From an uncultured Schlesneria sp. (lineage in GTDB: Bacteria; Planctomycetota; Planctomycetia; Planctomycetales; Planctomycetaceae), in the NCBI GenBank assembly GCA_903904835.1, contig CAIVEI010000058.1:8580-72579 (forward strand): a DNA stretch of 64,000 bases. Direction: 5' to 3'. Of the stretch, positions 29,394 to 39,082 are shown piece by piece. A program made the position numbers and the translations under genes. The notes below the pieces were generated by a model. It was not told the origin of the DNA and did not search any database. It saw only the letters and a program-made list of their open reading frames with translations. Numbering within the stretch: the stretch's first letter is position 1; every line of letters starts with the position of its first letter.

Positions 29394-31508
29394 CTACTTG
29401 AACCAGTATGACATGGACTTGATGTTTTTCTCGAACGCTAACTGTTGTGACTTCAGTGTCGCTTCCAGTTGTGCAAAGAACTCGTCAGCGGCGAACGCTT
29501 TCTCCATCGCCTCAACAACCTTTTTCCCGACTTCTTCGTTCTTCTGACCGAGGTCCTTGATACGGCTAAGAAGTTCAGGCTCTTCCTTGTCCTGATTCTT
29601 TTGAGCTTCGTTGGCCTTTTCTTGACTCTTTTTCAGTTCGGGCTTAATCGTCCACAAACCTGGACCATCGCCGCGTCGTTCGGCTTCCTCCTTGCCGAAG
29701 TCGTGTTCCTCAGTCCCTTCAGGTGCGTTAGCAAGTCCCTCCATGTCGAATTGAGTGATTGCCGACCGAGGGAGCTTTCCCGCTTTCACGGATTGTACTT
29801 TGGCCGTTAATGCTCGAATGCGGGTTCGTTCGCCGGGTGTGGCAAACCCGACTGATCGTTTGATCCCTTTGATTTGTTCCTTATCAGCTTCCGCATTCCG
29901 TCGTGTTTCTGCGGTGATTGCGCGAAGGGAGTTAAGTCGCTCGGCTGCGGCCTGTGCTTGCTGCTGTCCGACAGCGACGTTTTCCTTGTTGATTTTCACT
30001 TGTTCCTGAAGTTGCCTGGCAACTTCCCCAGCTCGGCCCACCTCCATTTCTTTTAACTCACTCTGGACTGACTGATTTTTTTGTTGTCGCTGGGTTTCTG
30101 TGTCGTTGCCGAGTATCGATTGACCTATGGCATTTCGGGTGCGGTGGAAGTCGCCAGCAAGATCACTTGCCGTATCAACCAGCGAATTGCCGAACGATGT
30201 CCTGCCGAGCGTCGTTTTCGCATTTCGGTAAAGCCAGCCGGACATCGTTGGTCCGGCTGGAGGGGCAGGAGGGGTGGGCGGAGTTGGAGGACGAAGTTCT
30301 TTCTTTTTCGCTTCGACTTTTCGCTGATACGCTTCTTCAGATTTTTTTATATCCGCATTGAGCGTTGCTTGCGCTGCGGCGAGGTCCTTCGGCTTCTGGT
30401 TGACGTGTTCCATCACGTTTCGCGCAGCGTCGGCGCGTTCGAGCAGTTCCTGGTGCCTCTCGGCCCTTGATCTCACTTCCTGCTGCCTGCTGAAATCGTG
30501 TGGAGACTTCGCTTGCTCGCGTCGAATCTCGGCTTCGGTCGCTGATCGTCGGTGCTCGTTCAAAGAGACCTGTCTGATCTCACCGAAATCTGGTCTCTCG
30601 CGCATGAGCTGCATTGACTGATCAGCATGACGAACAACGGCCGCATTGGCGGCAGATTCTTCGAACGTTCGATACTTCGTCTGGTCAGCCCGTTGATCTT
30701 CTTCCAGCTTTTGCGCCCAGACATTCAAGTTTCGTAATGCGACCGCAGTGGCGACCGCCGCTGCTGCAACGGCCGTCCACGGATTGAGCAAAACCGAAGG
30801 GTTGAAATTCGGGATCGATGTGAATTCGGGACTGTTGGCGTGAGCTCCGGCAATCTGATGTGCGACATTTCCAGCGCCAGTCCCGAGCACGTTGATTGCC
30901 GGAAGCAGCTTCGTCAAAAGACCCGATGATTTAAACACCGATTCTCCGGCGTGCGTGGCGACGTTCGCTGCCTGGGACGCGGATGTTGCCGCTACGGTCG
31001 CGGCCGAAGACGACCCGCTGACAATACTTGCGATTTGCTTAAACATCGCACCAACCGTTGAAAAGGTCGATCTGATGCCGGACACAAGCGTGGACTGCGT
31101 CGCCGATGCTACCGACATTGCGGATTCGGTTGCCGACTGCTGGCTTGCAGGAGTGGGGACGGGATTTTGAAACGACGAGATTGAAGGAACGCTGGGAAGA
31201 GGGACAGCGGGATTTCTTTGGGCCGCTTTAAACTGTCCGGTTACCTGCAACATCGCCGCCGGGACGGCTTTGCTGACGGGGTTGGTTCGCTGGCTGTTCG
31301 AGGCGACGTTCGGAATGACTCCGTTGAGCAACGACGCTGATGCTAAGGATGAAACCCCTGCGTTCAAGGATTGTGCCGGCTGCACCGACGGGCCCGGGGT
31401 GGTCCGAAGCTTGTTAAGCTGGCTTTGCACCTGGTTGATCGACGACGTCACCGCATTGACGCCGCCAAGCGCGACGTTAATCACGATGTCCCTGACCGTG
31501 GCTGACAT
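29394..31508 (-). CDS. tail tape measure protein (704 aa)
   Basis: Follows the G/GT chaperone pair. Ala/Ser/Pro-rich N-terminus, long charged coiled-coil-like centre (EAEIRREQAK..., QRKVEAKKKELR), PPTPPTPPAPPAGP. Confidence 0.75.
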   Translation of the reverse strand: MSATVRDIVINVALGGVNAVTSSINQVQSQLNKLRTTPGPSVQPAQSLNAGVSSLASASLLNGVIPNVASNSQRTNPVSKAVPAAMLQVTGQFKAAQRNPAVPLPSVPSISSFQNPVPTPASQQSATESAMSVASATQSTLVSGIRSTFSTVGAMFKQIASIVSGSSSAATVAATSASQAANVATHAGESVFKSSGLLTKLLPAINVLGTGAGNVAHQIAGAHANSPEFTSIPNFNPSVLLNPWTAVAAAAVATAVALRNLNVWAQKLEEDQRADQTKYRTFEESAANAAVVRHADQSMQLMRERPDFGEIRQVSLNEHRRSATEAEIRREQAKSPHDFSRQQEVRSRAERHQELLERADAARNVMEHVNQKPKDLAAAQATLNADIKKSEEAYQRKVEAKKKELRPPTPPTPPAPPAGPTMSGWLYRNAKTTLGRTSFGNSLVDTASDLAGDFHRTRNAIGQSILGNDTETQRQQKNQSVQSELKEMEVGRAGEVARQLQEQVKINKENVAVGQQQAQAAAERLNSLRAITAETRRNAEADKEQIKGIKRSVGFATPGERTRIRALTAKVQSVKAGKLPRSAITQFDMEGLANAPEGTEEHDFGKEEAERRGDGPGLWTIKPELKKSQEKANEAQKNQDKEEPELLSRIKDLGQKNEEVGKKVVEAMEKAFAADEFFAQLEATLKSQQLAFEKNIKSMSYWFK

Positions 31509-31897
31509 TGTTTCTCAATCATCCTCAATAGAGTACTTTGAAACTCGACATCTCTTGTCCTGTTCACCGATTCAATCACGCTTCGAATAACGGCGGCGTT
31601 GCGTCGTACGACCGAGTCATCAGGAAACTGCCCGACGGCTTCACACTCCTGATAGTGCTCGTAGCAGAGTTCGTTCTCGGGACTCAGCGATTTTGGATTT
31701 TCCGGTGATCCCTTCGGACATCCCCGATCAGGGTCTCGACAGGGTGCCAGAAATGACGGTCCGCAATTCAGCAACCGCAATTCCGGCTTACCATCACGAC
31801 CTCGTTCGAATGTCCATGTGTCGTGATTGACCACGTACTTCTGGCAAAGGTCGCAGTCCATCTCAGCGATCCTGGGGTGCCTCAATCGAAGACGCAC
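31481..31897 (-). CDS. gpT-like extension of the tail assembly chaperone, probably expressed by -1 frameshift from 31906..32322
   Basis: The ORF is in the -1 frame relative to the upstream gene and is open from the slippery heptamer A_AAA_AAC (31915-31909). It overlaps the tape-measure start. Confidence 0.6.
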   Translation of the reverse strand: MRLRLRHPRIAEMDCDLCQKYVVNHDTWTFERGRDGKPELRLLNCGPSFLAPCRDPDRGCPKGSPENPKSLSPENELCYEHYQECEAVGQFPDDSVVRRNAAVIRSVIESVNRTRDVEFQSTLLRMIEKQCQPRSGTS

Positions 31898-31905
31898 CCC
31901 ATCTG

Positions 31906-32322
31906 CTAGTTTTTTACTTGTTCCGCATCGGTTGGTTTTGCGTCTTCATTCGGTTTTACGTCGCTCGCCAGCGTGCCGCGAAGAATCCCGTACAGCCGAG
32001 TAAACAGGTACGGGTGAATTCGTTCGCATGCGGCTGCCGTGACGGGAACGTCGTGAATACCAACATCTTTCAGGGTCCACGAGTCAATACGGGAAGCCAC
32101 GAACTTACAGGCAATCTGTTCGGCTCGCTCGGCACATTTCGGATCGAACTCTTTGTTCCGAACCGCGACGACAATTTCCGCATCAAGTCGAGTGACGTCC
32201 ATGCGGGTGGCCGGTCGGTAAGTAAATTCCAACTCGTCGTACAATCGCTCGCCAGACTCTTCCGGCACAGCCGCTGCGATGTAGCCAGTCCTTGTGTATC
32301 CGTCTGAAATATACGATCCCAT
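31906..32322 (-). CDS. tail assembly chaperone (gpG-like)
   Basis: Lies between the tail tube and tape measure genes, is acidic, and ends ...GTA AAA AAC TAG with a canonical slippery site. Confidence 0.65.
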   Translation of the reverse strand: MGSYISDGYTRTGYIAAAVPEESGERLYDELEFTYRPATRMDVTRLDAEIVVAVRNKEFDPKCAERAEQIACKFVASRIDSWTLKDVGIHDVPVTAAACERIHPYLFTRLYGILRGTLASDVKPNEDAKPTDAEQVKN

Positions 32323-32364
32323 CTTTCATTTCTTTCTTTAAAAGGGGTTGAGAAAACTCACGAA

Positions 32365-33270
32365 TCATGCAGGCAATGTCACGACCAGTTCTTTTGTCGA
32401 ACCGTTTGCATAGGCCTGGTACTCGACTGGCCATCTCAAATGTTGTCGACCAGGGACGACCACCGACTCCGAGGGAGCAAGTAGTTTTGCGAACGTCATC
32501 GAGAACGTGTTTGTTCCGTTTGTGAACGACAAGGAACCAGACGCGGCAGTTCCCGCCCGGTTTGCGTTGAACAGAGTTTGCTCCGTTGCCGTGTATTTTG
32601 TTTGCAGGCTGAGCTTGATCACTCGGTCGGTCGGTTCCAGGTCGGTGGCAATCTGTCCCTGCATGTAAGTCGGCTGGATCATGTGGTCGATCGTGACTTC
32701 GAACTTGTCGATCGAGTAAGCCGTTCCCGAGAGTGTCACGCCGCTGGCCAGGTCGTAGAACATGTACGGCCTGATGGTCGCGTCGATTGCCGGAACCGTA
32801 TTCGGAAATGACCCGGCGGCACCTTGTGTCATCGTCTTTCCGACACACGACAACGTCATTTTCAGTTTTTCACCGGGAGCCGATTCGAACTTGGCATGGT
32901 TGACTCGCAGAAGGTATGTGTTGACCTCAGAGACATTGTCGAGCATGACGTACATATCCGTCAGTGTGTCCGCTTCCGCATACGTTCCCCCGCTCGATGC
33001 GGTTCCGAGGATGAACGGCATGAAGACTTCCAGTTCTGCCGGAGTCGGAGTCAACACCAGATCACCAGCGACTTTGATGTTTCCTTGCGCGACGCGGCTG
33101 ATGTCCCGCGACCGACTACCCCGCAAACCATCGTCCGCGACGACTTCGATCGATTCCTTGATCGAGTGCGAAAGCAACTCAAACCGTACGGAAGAACTGT
33201 TGAACGCTGTTGTTCCACTGCCAAACGGATTCACTGCCGCCTGGCTTTTAAAACCCATTGATTCTGTCAT
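32365..33270 (-). CDS. major tail (tube) protein
   Basis: 301 aa, directly upstream of the chaperone pair. Beta-rich, Thr/Ser/Gly-rich sequence. Assigned by position. Confidence 0.6.
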   Translation of the reverse strand: MTESMGFKSQAAVNPFGSGTTAFNSSSVRFELLSHSIKESIEVVADDGLRGSRSRDISRVAQGNIKVAGDLVLTPTPAELEVFMPFILGTASSGGTYAEADTLTDMYVMLDNVSEVNTYLLRVNHAKFESAPGEKLKMTLSCVGKTMTQGAAGSFPNTVPAIDATIRPYMFYDLASGVTLSGTAYSIDKFEVTIDHMIQPTYMQGQIATDLEPTDRVIKLSLQTKYTATEQTLFNANRAGTAASGSLSFTNGTNTFSMTFAKLLAPSESVVVPGRQHLRWPVEYQAYANGSTKELVVTLPA

Positions 33271-33357
33271 GTTACTGACCTTTCGTTTCTTAGCCGGTTA
33301 GAAACCGGCGTTTGTGATTAATGTTGCACCTTATGAACGGAAAAGCGGCCGAAACTC

Positions 33358-33460
33358 GGGGTGGCACGGTTTTGGAGTCCTCGACAAGGCCGTGTCTTTC
33401 TGGTTCGATAACTTCTCCGAAGAGCACGGCCTTACCGAAGACGGTAAAACTGTGCCACCC
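33358..33460. repeat. 103-bp palindromic REP/MITE-like element (family H), copy 1
   Basis: Termini ggggtggcacggtttt...aaaactgtgccaccc are inverted, and the interior is an imperfect hairpin. About 85% identical by eye to the reverse complement of 40591-40694. Confidence 0.85.
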
Positions 33461-33581
33461 TTTTCGCGGATTTCTCTTACGAACGCTTTTCCTTATCAAC
33501 AACGCAAACATCCCATCCTCTGATCTGTTCATCGGGCCAGCCTCAACCTCCCGATGTGCTGCGAACAACGCTCGCGCCTGG

Positions 33582-33908
33582 TTATGTGGTCGCTTCTGTC
33601 GAATTCGACATTTCGGTCGTTGCCGCTTTCTGTTCGACGACCGGCGGGTTTTCCGCTGGCTGTTCGATCTGAACCGCGATGGATTCCGAGATCGTGTTCA
33701 CGACAATGGATGCTTCGTTGTCGACGTGCTGAGGGGCCTGTCTGGCCTCAGCGGGCGCTTCATTGTTCCAGGCGTGAGCCGCCGTGATCGCTTCCTGGAT
33801 TGTCTTGAACGGACCGCGAATCACTCCGTCTCGATTTACCGTCGTCAGAAATCCTTCGTCGGTTGTTTGTGATGGTTCTGGTACCACGTGACAGCCGTTG
33901 ATATCCAT
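33582..33908 (-). CDS. hypothetical protein (108 aa)
   Basis: Co-oriented ORF in the phage module, 12 nt after the upstream gene. No motif recognised. Confidence 0.45.
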   Translation of the reverse strand: MDINGCHVVPEPSQTTDEGFLTTVNRDGVIRGPFKTIQEAITAAHAWNNEAPAEARQAPQHVDNEASIVVNTISESIAVQIEQPAENPPVVEQKAATTEMSNSTEATT

Positions 33909-33919
33909 GATGAGTCTCC

Positions 33920-34477
33920 TTATCCAAAAAGATTGCCGTGACTGATTTGTTTAATTCGATCCCAAAGTGTTCGACTCGAAGACACGTTCTTCTCGACGAC
34001 CGCATCGCCGATGGCGTCTGCGATTGTGGAGGCGGTCGCCGCCGCCGTTGCGTCAGCAACTCGCGTCGCGAGTTGATCGAGCGTTGCGGTATTTATTCCG
34101 ATAACCGGCCTGGCTGGCACGAACTTTGTGCCCGTCTCATGAAACGTTGCGTAATCAATGCCCGTGCCATACACCAATTCATGTGATGTGATTTCGTCAA
34201 CGTTTTGTGCTCCGCCAACATCGATGAGTGATGCTCGTAATGCCCCGGTTCTTACGAGAATCGGACTGAGGCCCTTACGTGATTGGGTCGTCTTCGCAAG
34301 TGGAGCCCATGCATCGCCATCGGGCGTCGATTGATTCGCAAAAGCGGCTCCCATTTCTTTGGCAAGTTCGTGTTGAACGTCGTTTAATACCCGAGAGAAG
34401 TTGATCCCTTCGACAATCGAAGCGGCTTCGCCTGTCCCCTGGACCAGAATCGAGTCTGTATCGAGAGATTCCGTCAT
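33920..34477 (-). CDS. HK97 gp10 / Mu G-like virion morphogenesis (tail completion) protein
   Basis: ...PDGDAWAPL...ILVRTGALRASL...YGTGIDYATFHETGTKFVPARPVIGI matches the family pattern. ATGA overlap with the upstream gene. Confidence 0.7.
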   Translation of the reverse strand: MTESLDTDSILVQGTGEAASIVEGINFSRVLNDVQHELAKEMGAAFANQSTPDGDAWAPLAKTTQSRKGLSPILVRTGALRASLIDVGGAQNVDEITSHELVYGTGIDYATFHETGTKFVPARPVIGINTATLDQLATRVADATAAATASTIADAIGDAVVEKNVSSSRTLWDRIKQISHGNLFG

Positions 34478-34917
34478 GTTCGTGGCTCCTGAAAAAATGC
34501 CCGAACCACAAGTCCACTGACAAACGCATTGCGATCAAACCATGCACGTGGTTCGACGACGTTGCCTGGTTCGACCGTCAGTTGATAGTTCTGGCCGAGT
34601 CCCGCAATCGAATGATTGTTCAGCGTTCGTCGTAATGTCTGCCGCCATGCGAGCCGTGTTTCAAGCGAATTCACATCTGGTTTCGCGATGATCGCAACAA
34701 GAACGCCGTAGTAGGCTCCATCACGGTCATTCAATTCGTCCCCCAACTTTTCTGGCCCGTACGGCGAAATTGAAACGAACGGTAATGTTGTTGTTCCGTC
34801 CAGGTACGTTGAGACTTCCTGGATCAGCGTTCCGCCCGTCAGTCCCGACAGGGAGAGTCCATCGATAACGGATTTGATCGCGGTCAGCGTGTCAAAATGG
34901 TTCGAGAGTCCCGGCAT
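34474..34917 (-). CDS. phage neck / tail-terminator-position protein (147 aa)
   Basis: Lies between the head-closure and gp10-like genes, with 1-nt and 4-nt overlaps. Assigned by position. Confidence 0.45.
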   Translation of the reverse strand: MPGLSNHFDTLTAIKSVIDGLSLSGLTGGTLIQEVSTYLDGTTTLPFVSISPYGPEKLGDELNDRDGAYYGVLVAIIAKPDVNSLETRLAWRQTLRRTLNNHSIAGLGQNYQLTVEPGNVVEPRAWFDRNAFVSGLVVRAFFQEPRT

Positions 34918-35264
34918 CAGGCGATCTCCTTTCGGGCAACGCAGTGCCAGACCGTCCTGAGGGACATCAGGCGAGCTGATACGACACGGTAATTTGTCCC
35001 TCCAATTGTGATCTGATCCCGCGCCCGGATTTCGCGTCCGTTGCTGGTAGGATTCAATTCCGAATCAGGGATCTTGATGATGGTCTCGTCACCTTGCAGG
35101 TTTAGATGTCCGTATGCGGAAAGGTTCACGTCCAGGGGTTTGAGCCAGGCGTTGAATACGTTGACCGTGATTGGCGATGCGCTGTCGGGAAGGAGCGTTA
35201 ACACGGCAGCCAGTTTCCCTGGAACGAGACCCATAAGAGATTGTGCGATGAATTGATTCAGCAT
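34917..35264 (-). CDS. head closure / head-tail adaptor protein (115 aa)
   Basis: Size, position after the connector gene, and the ...DQITIGGTNYRVVS... pattern typical of head-closure proteins. Confidence 0.55.
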   Translation of the reverse strand: MLNQFIAQSLMGLVPGKLAAVLTLLPDSASPITVNVFNAWLKPLDVNLSAYGHLNLQGDETIIKIPDSELNPTSNGREIRARDQITIGGTNYRVVSARLMSLRTVWHCVARKEIA

Positions 35265-35272
35265 CTTGGTTC

Positions 35273-35932
35273 CTAAATGGGAATCGATCGAAAATGGGCT
35301 AAGGTTGATTCAATGCTGCCTAACAGAGTGGCTGCGTCGGCAGGGCTGAAGAAGCTGATGTGTGCGTCTTCGTAACCCATCTGTGACGCAGCACCGCCGA
35401 GCGATGCTTGTGAGGCTTGCTTGAGAACCAATGCATTAACCGCCATCGTGATTGCCGGCGGTATTACCGGGAATCCCGCCGTGTATTGAACTTGAATATT
35501 GCCGTTGGGGATTCCGGGCAGATTGCTGAGCACTCCGAAGGCTCGTGCCGGAGGTCGATGCCAGGTTGTGCCAATCCGCCGAAGGAATCCCGATGAACCT
35601 TGTCCATTTGCTCCTGACATCAAGGCGAAATCAATGCCCTCGACGAGATTCAAAGACGGAGCAAAGCCACCGGGAGCGGCACCAAAGTAGCCCAGGTCAT
35701 CGACGCAAACCAGTGACACCGCCGTGACAGGATATTGGTTTAACAATAACAACGGTGTGCCGTTTCCCGAGTAGTATTCAATGTAATTTGTCGATTCGAG
35801 ATCACGATTCAAGTGTTGTTTGACGATTGACGAGACTCCGTCGATTAACGACCGAAGTTGGCCATCGCGGCTGGTGTCACCCGCTGCGATGCCTCCCTGT
35901 GTCTTAACGGATGTCAGTGTTGTCAAAGCCAT
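35273..35932 (-). CDS. gp6-like head-tail connector protein
   Basis: N-terminus LTTLTSVKTQGGIAAGDTSRDGQLRSLIDGVSSIVKQHLNRDL resembles the gp6-like connector helix pair. Confidence 0.55.
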   Translation of the reverse strand: MALTTLTSVKTQGGIAAGDTSRDGQLRSLIDGVSSIVKQHLNRDLESTNYIEYYSGNGTPLLLLNQYPVTAVSLVCVDDLGYFGAAPGGFAPSLNLVEGIDFALMSGANGQGSSGFLRRIGTTWHRPPARAFGVLSNLPGIPNGNIQVQYTAGFPVIPPAITMAVNALVLKQASQASLGGAASQMGYEDAHISFFSPADAATLLGSIESTLAHFRSIPI

Positions 35933-36151
35933 GATGAACTCAAAAACAAGGTGTTAAATGGCGATTGAAAAAATTCGTTCGGGAGGGCGAAGCTCCCACC
36001 GAGCTGCGATGTCGATGGGCACACCAATTCTTCGCTCCATGTTCAAAACATTTCCCGTTCTGGGAATCAGGCGGCTCAGTAGGAGCATCGCCCTCCCGAA
36101 ATGCTGGGTAAAAAACTCATCGCAAGAACTCTGTCACATGCCCCCAATCGT

Positions 36152-36454
36152 TCAGTCAATTTGAGGTAGCGAGGCAGTGCTTGACGTTCCTGCGTCAGCG
36201 ACGGCTGCATCGAGCTGGTCGCCGCCGGTCGCGGAGTCGTCAGCAAACTCATTGCTGTCCGTTTCGTCGCCCGGATCATCGAGTGGATCTGGATTCAGGT
36301 GTTCGGGCAGAACTGCAAGTGCCACTGCCTGCGCAGCAGCTTCCCATGCCATGCGACCGACATGGGGCAGGGCGGTCCATCCAGGAAAAGAAGGTCCACC
36401 CGATTCGGCATGAATTCGAACGTAGGATTCATAGGCTGTAAAACCGTAGCTCAT
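36152..36454 (-). CDS. hypothetical acidic protein (100 aa)
   Basis: ATG at 36454 preceded by gaggg, 8 nt after the upstream stop. The longer track ORF overlaps the neighbouring gene. Confidence 0.4.
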   Translation of the reverse strand: MSYGFTAYESYVRIHAESGGPSFPGWTALPHVGRMAWEAAAQAVALAVLPEHLNPDPLDDPGDETDSNEFADDSATGGDQLDAAVADAGTSSTASLPQID

Positions 36455-36461
36455 GTCACCC

Positions 36462-36890
36462 TCACTTTGCTGACGCGAGTTGTTTGGCGCGATTGACGAC
36501 AGCGGGAAACAAGGCCCGCGCCTGATTAATTTCAGGCTTGCCCCAGCCGTACGGTTCGTAGAACTCGGCGCTTGGATGAGCGTCAAGATCGGCGAGTGCC
36601 GCCTGGACCTTGTGCAAGTTTCCCCACGCCCTGGACATCAAGTTGATGGGATGCGTCCGTTTGAGATTTGGTGCATAGGCCAAATCCAGCGGGTTAGTCT
36701 CTTCGACGAAGAGATCTGTGTTGCCAGATTGCACGTCGTGTGCTGCGGCGACGAATATTGTCGCATCTCGGAAGCAGTCGATCGCGAGTTGACGTGGATT
36801 GATTCCTGATTGCGACGAGCGTCCCTTAAAGAGTTCCAGAGCGATCAATGGAAGGCTGAGTTTTTCTGTCGATTTTTCAGAACCTGTCAT
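36462..36890 (-). CDS. hypothetical protein (142 aa)
   Basis: Co-oriented ORF in the head module. No motif recognised. Confidence 0.45.
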   Translation of the reverse strand: MTGSEKSTEKLSLPLIALELFKGRSSQSGINPRQLAIDCFRDATIFVAAAHDVQSGNTDLFVEETNPLDLAYAPNLKRTHPINLMSRAWGNLHKVQAALADLDAHPSAEFYEPYGWGKPEINQARALFPAVVNRAKQLASAK

Positions 36891-36980
36891 GTAGTCACCT
36901 TTGTTAATTGAAGAAAGAAATGAACGGTGAAATCGAACGATGGGACGTCATCATCCCGTCAATCAATTCGTTGCCCGGAT

Positions 36981-37484
36981 TCAGACCAGCTCGTTGGGGG
37001 TCGTGCTTTGTGCGTACTTGATGCCATAAGCGATATAGAACGCTGCACCGAGTTGTGGGTTAGTCCCGGTCATCGGGATCGATAGTTGGACAAAGTTGAA
37101 TCCGTTATTGAGATCGAGATCGGTCGGCTGCACTTCAACAGCGATGACGGCCGGTGATGCAGCGCTGGTGGGAGTGAACGTATTCGCTGCCGCCTGCGTT
37201 ATCATCGTCCATTGGGGAGTTGTTGCGATTGCGCCGATCTTGGTTCTGGCACGAGTGAATGTCAGCGGTTTTGCGTTCGCACCGGCATTACTTGTGGCTT
37301 GTTTCAAAGTCATCACGGGGTCATCACCCGTAGTGCCCGCTGCTTTCAACAGCACGCACAAAAGTCGGCCAATGTACTTTATGTCGACCCATTGTCCGCC
37401 GTTCGCGGCCGAATGAAGATCGACAGGAACGAATGCCGGAATGATGTCGGCAATCTCGAGAAATTCGTGATTAAAGTCGGTCAT
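36981..37484 (-). CDS. hypothetical protein (167 aa), possible capsid accessory/decoration protein
   Basis: First gene after the major capsid gene. Beta-rich, Ala/Thr-rich. Assigned by position only. Confidence 0.4.
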   Translation of the reverse strand: MTDFNHEFLEIADIIPAFVPVDLHSAANGGQWVDIKYIGRLLCVLLKAAGTTGDDPVMTLKQATSNAGANAKPLTFTRARTKIGAIATTPQWTMITQAAANTFTPTSAASPAVIAVEVQPTDLDLNNGFNFVQLSIPMTGTNPQLGAAFYIAYGIKYAQSTTPNELV

Positions 37485-37676
37485 TGAAATCTCCTGTATT
37501 GGAAAAAAGTCATAGGAATTGCGCGTCTTGGACGCAGTGTTCCAATCGTGAAAAAGTACGAGTTGACGAAGGACCAGGCGCGTACGCTCCTTGTCGTAAG
37601 CGATCGTTGTTGATCACTCACGCTTGTCGCTGGTACTTGGGACTGATGCGGCTTGGATCGCCTCGATTCACGCGGG

Positions 37677-38966
37677 CTATCGAGGTGCGATACAGACAAA
37701 GCTCGATTGAGTATTTGTCCCTTTGAACGGCGTAATCGGGCTGTTCTCCCACGGAGCGGCGTTCATTCGCATCGTGAATCGCAGAGCCAGTTGATCGGTC
37801 AGGAACTCGACATGCATCGAAATCGCCTGTGCAATGCCCCCCTTACTGATCGAGAGCACCTGACTCAAATCGGCCAGGACGATGTCCCCCTGCGATCCGA
37901 GCGTACCTGCGAATTCGATCGGCTTCAGTGGTCGACCACCAAGCGTACCGTATGGAGATGCCGACAGTCCCGTCGGTGGCATGTAGACGAGTTGCCCCGA
38001 ATAGGTCCCTGTTGCCAACGTCAATTGCATCAACTGTTGCAGACAATCCTGGTTGACGTACCAGTTGGCGTTGCTGAAATAAGGAGCGAAGAACCGGGTC
38101 TGAGATTTGATGATATTGGCTGCCACGATGGTTGCAGGCGACTGGCCTGTTTCCGCCGCGATTGCCAGCAAGCTGGGTGCGTTCAGGATCCCGAGCGGCT
38201 TTCCAACGCCGTCACCGTTGAACAAGGCATCGCCGATCATGAAGTTGAATTCATCAGATGCCTTACGTGTTACGTACTGTTCCAGAGCTTGAGCGCTGTC
38301 TGAGATCAGTTCGTCGGTGAGATAGACGACCACAGCCAGTTTCTGCAGCTTCATCTGGATTTCACGGACCGTCGGCTTGCTGGCGGTAATCGTCTGGCCT
38401 TCGCCAGTCCAGTATCCCCTCAAACCACCGTGTCGACTGCCGTTTGCTCGCGACGTTTCCGCATTTGCCAGAAACGTCATGTTGTTTCCACCGACCGTGT
38501 AATTGTCAGTAGAAGCAACCAGGTCATTCGAATAGACATGCTCGAAGATCTTGTGGTTGAACTCGGGCATGACGGTGAATCCCCCGTCTGATCCGATTGT
38601 CTCGGACATTCCTTGAATCGCCTTGAAGTGCGATTTACAGCGGTCATGGAAAGCAGCTCCCTGATGGCCGTCGAAACCGCTACGGACAAAGTCGCTGAGC
38701 GACTTGAATTCGCCCCAGGGTCGGTATCCTCGTCGAATCAGAGAGGCCATTGCGGACTGAGACTTCATTCGCCGGCCAGCTCGTGGTCCCTCAAGTTCAT
38801 CCCGACCGGTGACAATGGTCACCGATTCATCTGTTTCGGACCACTCGCCAGTGATCCGACCCTCGGTATCACGATGGATACCGCTGAAATCAGGCTTTTC
38901 AGACAGGCTTTTGACAGTCCCTGTCAATTCGGACACTTGTTTCGTCAGTTCTTCAATCGTCGGCAT
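37677..38966 (-). CDS. HK97-family major capsid protein
   Basis: 429 aa. N-terminal delta-like helix (TIEELTKQVSELTGTVKSL), then ...GSDGGFTVMPEF..., ...LAVVVYLTDELISDS..., ...NGDGVGKPLGILN..., ...GGRPL... in the order typical of HK97-type capsids. Confidence 0.85.
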   Translation of the reverse strand: MPTIEELTKQVSELTGTVKSLSEKPDFSGIHRDTEGRITGEWSETDESVTIVTGRDELEGPRAGRRMKSQSAMASLIRRGYRPWGEFKSLSDFVRSGFDGHQGAAFHDRCKSHFKAIQGMSETIGSDGGFTVMPEFNHKIFEHVYSNDLVASTDNYTVGGNNMTFLANAETSRANGSRHGGLRGYWTGEGQTITASKPTVREIQMKLQKLAVVVYLTDELISDSAQALEQYVTRKASDEFNFMIGDALFNGDGVGKPLGILNAPSLLAIAAETGQSPATIVAANIIKSQTRFFAPYFSNANWYVNQDCLQQLMQLTLATGTYSGQLVYMPPTGLSASPYGTLGGRPLKPIEFAGTLGSQGDIVLADLSQVLSISKGGIAQAISMHVEFLTDQLALRFTMRMNAAPWENSPITPFKGTNTQSSFVCIAPR

Positions 38967-39082
38967 GGAAAAATCTTTCTATTTCACAATTCGTAAATGT
39001 AAACTCAAATTTCATCGTTGATGTCACGAACACGTTAAACACATCGAAAAAACTGGCATAGAAAGCTGTGGGGTGCAGGTAC

